Below are positions 58,001-64,000 of a stretch of DNA of 64,000 bases, piece by piece. The stretch spans positions 65,162,001-65,226,000 of the forward strand of contig OZ038379.1 in the NCBI GenBank assembly GCA_964036045.1, read 5' to 3'. The translations under genes were made by a program, and so were the position numbers. This DNA is from Eutreptiella sp. 'Long Island Sound 2002'. Its lineage: Eukaryota; Protista; Euglenida. Position 1 is the first letter of the stretch, and every line of letters begins with the position of its first letter. The notes under the pieces were generated by a model. It saw only the letters and a program-made list of their open reading frames with translations. It had not been told where the DNA came from and searched no databases.

Positions 58001-61000
58001 AAGGGTTCAAAAGCCGTACTGCGGATGGTGGCACACATGCAAAAGGGTACAAAGGTCTCAGTGGGAATGGTGGTACACATTTGAAAGGGTCCAAAACTCT
58101 TGGTGTGCAAGGTGGCATGTACGAAGAAGGGTCCAAAAGTCCTGTCGCAGATTGGTGGCACACATGGAAAAGTGTCCAAAGGTCTTATTGCGGATGGTGG
58201 CACCCATGCAAAAGAGTGGAAATGTTTTATTGTGGACAGTTGCAAACATGGGAAAGCGTCTAAAAGTCCTACTATGCAGATTGGCACACATGAGAAAGGG
58301 TTGAACCGTGTTAGTGCACATTGCGGCATCCATCGGAAAGGGTCCAAAAGTCTCATCACGCCTGCCGGCACACATGGCAAGCGGTCCAAGAATCCTCTCG
58401 CAGATTGCGGTGTACATGAAGCAGCGTCCAGAACTCCTACTGCGGATGGTGTCACACATGATGAAGGGTGCAGAAGCGTGTTGCAACGGGTGGCACACAT
58501 GGCAAACATTCCAAGAATCTTATTGCCTATGGTGTCACACATGGGAAAGAGTACGAAAGTCGTACAACGGATGGCGGCACACCTGGCAAAGAGTCCAAAA
58601 GTCTCACAACAGATGGTGGCACACATGAAAAGGGTTCCAAAAGTAGCAGAGATGCTAGCATACTTGGGAAAGGGTCCAAAAGTCCAACTATGGATGATGG
58701 CACACATTAAAAATGTCCCAAAAGTCTTATTACGCATGGTGGCACACATGGGAAAGGGTCGGAAAGTCTTACTTCTTCTTGTGCATAGTGGCACCTGTGA
58801 GGAAGGGTCCAAAAGTCCCATGGCACACATGGGGAAGGGTCCAAAAGTCTTGCCGCGGATGCTAGCACGCTTGGGAAAGGGTTGAGAAGTCTTCCTACCC
58901 ATGCTAGCACACCCAGGGAAAGGGTCCAAAATTCCTAATGCAGACGGTGGCACACAGGAAGAAGGGCCCAAAAGACCTATTGCACATATGGGCATACATG
59001 GGAAAGGGTCCGAAAGTCCTACTACGCCTAGAAATGCGTCCAAAAGTCCTAGTGCGGACAGTGCCACACATGGGAAAGTGTCCAAAAGTCGGCTACGGAG
59101 GGTGGCACACATGAAAAAGGGTGCAAAATTTTTATTACAGGTGGTGACACACATGGGAAGTGGTGCTAAAGTCTTATTGAGATGGTAGCACACATGAAGA
59201 AGGCTCCAAAACTTTGACAGTGGACGGTGGCATACATGGGAAAGGGTACAAAAGTGGTACAGCGGATGGTGGCACAAATAGCAAAGGGTCCAAAAGTTTT
59301 ACTCCGGATGGTGCCACAAAGGGGAAAGCATCCAACAGTGGTACGGCGCGGGGTGGCACACATGGGAAAGGGTCCAAAAGTCCTATAGCAGATGGTGGCA
59401 CATATAGACAAGGGCCCAAAATTTCTACTGCGGACGGTGGCACGCATGGGAAAGGGTCCACGTGTCTTACTATGGCTGGTGGCACACATGGGAAGGGGTC
59501 CAAAAGTGCTACTGTCGATGGTGGTATACATGGAAGACGGCCCAAAAGTCCTAGTGCGGATGGTGGGACGCATTGGAAAGGGTCCAAAAGTGTTACAACG
59601 CATGGTGGGAAGGGTTCCAAAGTGTTGTTGCGAATGGTGGCACGTGTGCGAAAGCACCAAAAGTGTTGCTACATCTGTTGGCACAACCGATGGTAGCACA
59701 CATGGGAATGGGTCCAAAAGTCGCACTATGTATCGTGGCACACACGGAAAAGGCCGCAAAAGTCCTACTCCGGATGGTGGCACAAATGGGAAAGGGTCCA
59801 AAAGGGGTGATGTGGAGGGGGGTATACTCAGCAAGGGGTCCAATCGTCCTGGTGTGGATCGTGGCACGCATGAGAAAGGGTTCAAATATCTTAATGCCGA
59901 TGGTGGCACACATGGAATAGGGTCCAGACGTCCTAGTGCGCATAGTGGCACACACGGCAAATGGTCATAGAATCTTGATGCGAATGGTGGCACACATGAA
60001 AAAGGGTCCAAAAGTCTTTGTACAGATGGTGGCACACCAAGCAAAGGGTTGAAAAGTCCTATTGCTGATGGTGGGTCGCATGGGAAAGGGTCAATAAGTC
60101 CTAATGCGAAGAGTGGCACGATTAGCAAAGGGTCCAAACATCGTGATTCGGATCGTGGCATAGATGAAAAAGGGCCCAACCGTCTTATTGCAGATTTCGG
60201 CACACGTGTATGAAATGGTCCGAAAGTCCTAGTGTGGATGGTGGCACACATGGCAAACAGTGCTAGAATGTTAATGTGGATGGTGGCACACCTGAAGAAG
60301 GGTTCAAAAGCCGTACTGCGGATGGTGGCACACATGCAAAAGGATCCAAAGGTCTCACATTTGAAAGGGTCCAAAACTCTTGGTGTGCAAGGTGTCATAT
60401 ATGAAGAAGGGTCCAAAAGTCCTGCCACGAATGGTGGCAGACATGGGAAAGTGTCCAAAGGTCTTTTTGCAGATGGTGGCACCCATGCAAAAGAGTGGAA
60501 ATGTTTTATTGTGGACACTTGCAAACATGGGAAAGCGTTTAAATGTCCTACGATGCTCATTGGCAGACATGAGAACCCTAACCCTAACCTGAAATATTTT
60601 ATCGTGGACAGTTGCAAACATGGCAATGCGTGTAAAAGTCCTACGATGCTCATTGGCACACATGAAGAAGGGTCCAACCGTGTTGGTGCACATTGTGCCA
60701 TCCATCCGAAAGGGTCCAAAAGTCTCAACACACCTGCTGGCACGTATGGCAAACGGTCCAAGTATCTTCTTGCACATCGTGCTATACATGAAGCAAGGTC
60801 CAGAAGTTGTACAACAGAGGGTGTCACACATGATGAAGGGTGCATAAGCGTGCTGGAACTGGTGGCACACATGGCAAACATTCCAAGAATCTTATGGCCT
60901 ATGGTGTCACATGGAAAAGAGTACGAAAGTCGTACAATGGATGGCGGCACACCTGGCAAAGAGTCCAAAAGTCTTACAACAAATGGTGACACACATGAAA

Positions 61001-64000
61001 ATGGATCCAAAAGTAGCAGAGATGCTAGCACACTTGGGAAAGGGTCCAAAAGTTTTATCGCGGATGGTGGCACACATCGGAAAGAGGCGGAAAGTCTTAC
61101 TTCTTGTTGTGCATAGTGGCACCCGTGAGAAAGGGTCCAAAAATCTTGATGCGGATGCTAGCACAGTTGGGAAAGGGTTAAGAAGTCTTGCTACGCATGC
61201 TAGCACACCCAGGGAAAGGGTCCAAAAGTCCTACTGCAGATGGTGCACACATGATCAGGGGCCCAAAACACCTATTGCACATACGGGCACATGGTAAAGG
61301 GTCCGAAAGTCCTACTACGCCTCGCAGCGCGTCCAAAAGTCCTACTGCGGACCGTGCCACGCATGGTAAAGCGTCCAAAAGTCGGCTGCGGAGGGTGGCA
61401 CACATGAAAACGGGCGAAAAAAAATTTACTACAGGTGGTGACACACATGGAAAGTGGTGCTAAAGTCTTATTGAGATGGTAGCACACATGAAGAAGGCTC
61501 CAAAACTTTGACAGTGGACGGTGGCATACATGGGAAAGGGTACAAAAGTGGTATAGCGGATGGTGGCATAAATAGCAAAGGGTCCAAAAGTTTTACTGTG
61601 GATGGTGCCACAAAGGGGAAAGCATCCGACAATGGTGCTGCGCGGGGTGCCACACATGGGAAAGGGTCCAACCGTCCTACAGCAGATGCTGGCAAATATG
61701 GACAAGGGTCCAAAATTTCTACTGCGGACGGTGGCACTCATGGGAAATGGTCCAAATGCCCTACTATGGATGGTGGCACACATGGGAAGGGGTGCAAAGG
61801 TGCCACTGTCCATGGTGGTACACATGGGAGAGGGCCCAAAAGTCCTAGTTTCGATGGTGCGATGCATGGGAAAGGGTCCAAAAGCGTTACAACACATGGT
61901 GGTACACATGGGAAGGGATCCAAAAGTCTTGCTGCTGATGATACAACACATGGGAAATGGCCCAAAAATCGTACAGCACAATGGTGGCACACATGCAGAT
62001 GGGTCCACAACTCTTACCGCCGATGGTGGCACACGTGCGAGAGGGTCCAAAAGTCTTAGTGCACACATTAGCTGACATGGCAAAGGATCATAAAGGTTTA
62101 CAGCACATGGTGGCACACATGGGAAAAGGTCTACCACTGTTGCTGCGGATGGTGGCACACATGGGAAGGGGTCCGAAAGATCTACTATCGATGGTGGTAC
62201 ACATGGGAGAGGGCCCAAAAGTCCTAGTGTGGATGGTGCGACGCATGGGAAAGGTTCCAAAAGTGTTGCAACACATGGTGGTACACATGGGAAGGGATCC
62301 AAAAGTCTTGCTGCTGATGATACCACACATGGGAAATGGTCCAAAAATCGTACAGCACAATGGTGGCACACATGCAGAAGGGTCCACAACTCTTACCGCC
62401 GATGGTGGCACACATGCGAAAGGGTCCAAAGGTCTTAGTGCACACATTAGATCACATGGGAAAGGATCATAAAGGTTTACAGCACATGGTGGCCCACATG
62501 GGAAAAGGTCGACCACTGTTGCTGCGGATGGTGGCACACATATAGCATGGCTTGAAAGGTACTGCGGATGGAGGCACACATACGAGAGGGCCCCCAGTCC
62601 TAGTGCGGACAATGGCACGGATGGGAAAGGGTCCAAAATTCCTACTACGTGCGGTGGCACACGTGAACAAAGGTACAAAAATTTTGCTGCAGGTGGTGGC
62701 AAACATGGGAAACGGTGCCAAACGCTTTTTCACATGGTGGCACACATGAACAAGTCTCCAAAAGTTTTGGTGCGGACGGTGGCACACATGGGAAAGGGTC
62801 CAAAAGTGGTACAGCCGATGGTGGCGCAAATTACAAAGGGTGCAAAAGTTTTACTATGGATGGTACCACAAAGGGGAAAGCATCCGATGTCGTTCTGCGC
62901 AAGGTGGCACACATGGGAAAGGGTCCAAAAGCCTTCCAACAGATGGCGGTACACATTTGAAAGGGTCCAAAAGTCTATCTATAAATGTTGGCACACATTA
63001 AGAAGGGTCCAAAAGTCTTGCTGCGGATGTTGGCACACATGGCAAAGGGCCCAATGTCTCTGGCGGATGCTGGCACACATGGAAGGGCTTCCAACAATCT
63101 TATTGGCGAGGGTGACAGGCATCAAAAAAGGTGCAAATATCTTCTTGGTGGATGGTGGCACACATGGGAATGGGATCAAAAAGCCGCACTGTGTATCGTG
63201 GCACACATGAAAAAGGCCGCAAAAGTTTTAGTCCGGATGGTGGCACCGATCGGAAAGGGTCCAAAAGTCGTGCTTCGGAGTGGGGTACACTCCGCAAGGG
63301 GTCCAATCATCCTGGTGTGAATCATGGCACGCATGAGAAAGGGTCCAAATGTCTTAATGCGGATGGTGGCACACGTGGAAAATGGCCCAAACGTCCTAGG
63401 GCGCGTGGTGCCAAACACGGCAAACGGTCATAGAATCTTGATGCGAATGGTGGCACACATGAAAAACGGTCCAAAAGTCTTCGTACGGATGGTGGCACAC
63501 CACGCAAAGGGTTGAAAACTCTTGCTGCTTATGGTGGGACACATGGGAGTGGGTCCATAAGTCCTACTGCGAAGCGTGGCACAATATTAGCAAAAGGTCC
63601 AAACATCCTAATGCGGATCGTGACACACATGGCAAACAGTGCTAGAATGTTAATGTGGATGGTGGCACACCTGAAGAAGGGTTCAAAAGCCGTACTACGG
63701 ATGGTGGCACACATGTAAAAGCGTCCAAAGGTCTCAGTGGGAGTGGTGGTACACATTTGAAAGGGTCCAAAACTCTTGGTGTGCAGGGTGGCACATATTA
63801 AGAAGGGTTCAAAATTCCTGCCGCAAAAACGGTGGCACACATGGGAAAGCATCCAAATGTCTTATCGCGGACGGTGGCACCCATGCAAAAGAGTCCAAAT
63901 GTTTTTTTGTGAATTGTAGCAAACATTCCAAAGCGTCTGAAACTCCTACTATGCAGATTGTCACACATGAAGAAGGGTCAAAATGTGTTACTGCACATTG
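52030..64000. repeat. 42-bp satellite with 3,547-bp higher-order repeat, runs off window
   Basis: Consensus GGATGGTGGCACACATGGGAAAGGGTCCAAAAGTCCTACTGC. Matching ORF pairs are offset by exactly 3547 (54419/57966, 55354/58901, 55667/59214, 56685/60232). Confidence 0.97.
57027..57042 (-). repeat. Interstitial telomeric repeat AACCCTAACCCTAACC (second copy 60574-60589)
   Basis: Direct read; the two copies are 3547 bp apart. Confidence 0.85.

Noticed and set aside
53539-62702. Very long ORFs (200-679 aa) on both strands in the satellite
   Set aside because: Produced by a stop-poor 42-bp monomer; overlapping ORFs in several frames on both strands, frequent frame switches and no recognisable domain.
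51180-64000. CRISPR-like regular repeats
   Set aside because: No constant repeat with unique spacers; the units are contiguous diverged monomers in a eukaryotic intron, and no cas genes are present.
1-64000. tRNA, rRNA, snRNA or hammerhead ribozyme genes
   Set aside because: No recognisable conserved motifs by eye; absence is not proven without Infernal/tRNAscan.

Overview
Eukaryotic, intron-rich, repeat-dense genomic DNA. The host lineage is not determinable with certainty; TTAGGG-type telomeric sequence and GTNYG-like splice donors hint at a euglenid or similar protist. No rRNA, tRNA or CRISPR array is supported. (1) 2.5-17.6 kb is a tandem/inverted array of decayed Penelope-like retroelement (PLE) pieces with the permuted order GIY-YIG endonuclease -> CxC linker -> RT motifs, joined at (GT)n microsatellites. 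It resembles the N-terminal-EN Chlamys/Naiad PLE clade. (2) 18,235 to at least 50,716 (+) is a BIG/Sec7-family ARF-GEF gene. I reconstructed it by hand as 15 phase-consistent exons (2,401 nt, about 800 codons: DCB, HUS and the first half of the Sec7 domain); it must continue beyond the window. (3) Its introns contain two divergent Cys-rich (PHD-like)-hAT transposase relics, a short-TIR element family with 3-bp ANA target duplications and different cargo, several minisatellites and dispersed palindromes. From 52 kb to the window end there is a 42-bp satellite with a 3,547-bp higher-order repeat and a telomeric filler at an internal duplication junction. All protein-family calls come from recalled motifs, not from searches.
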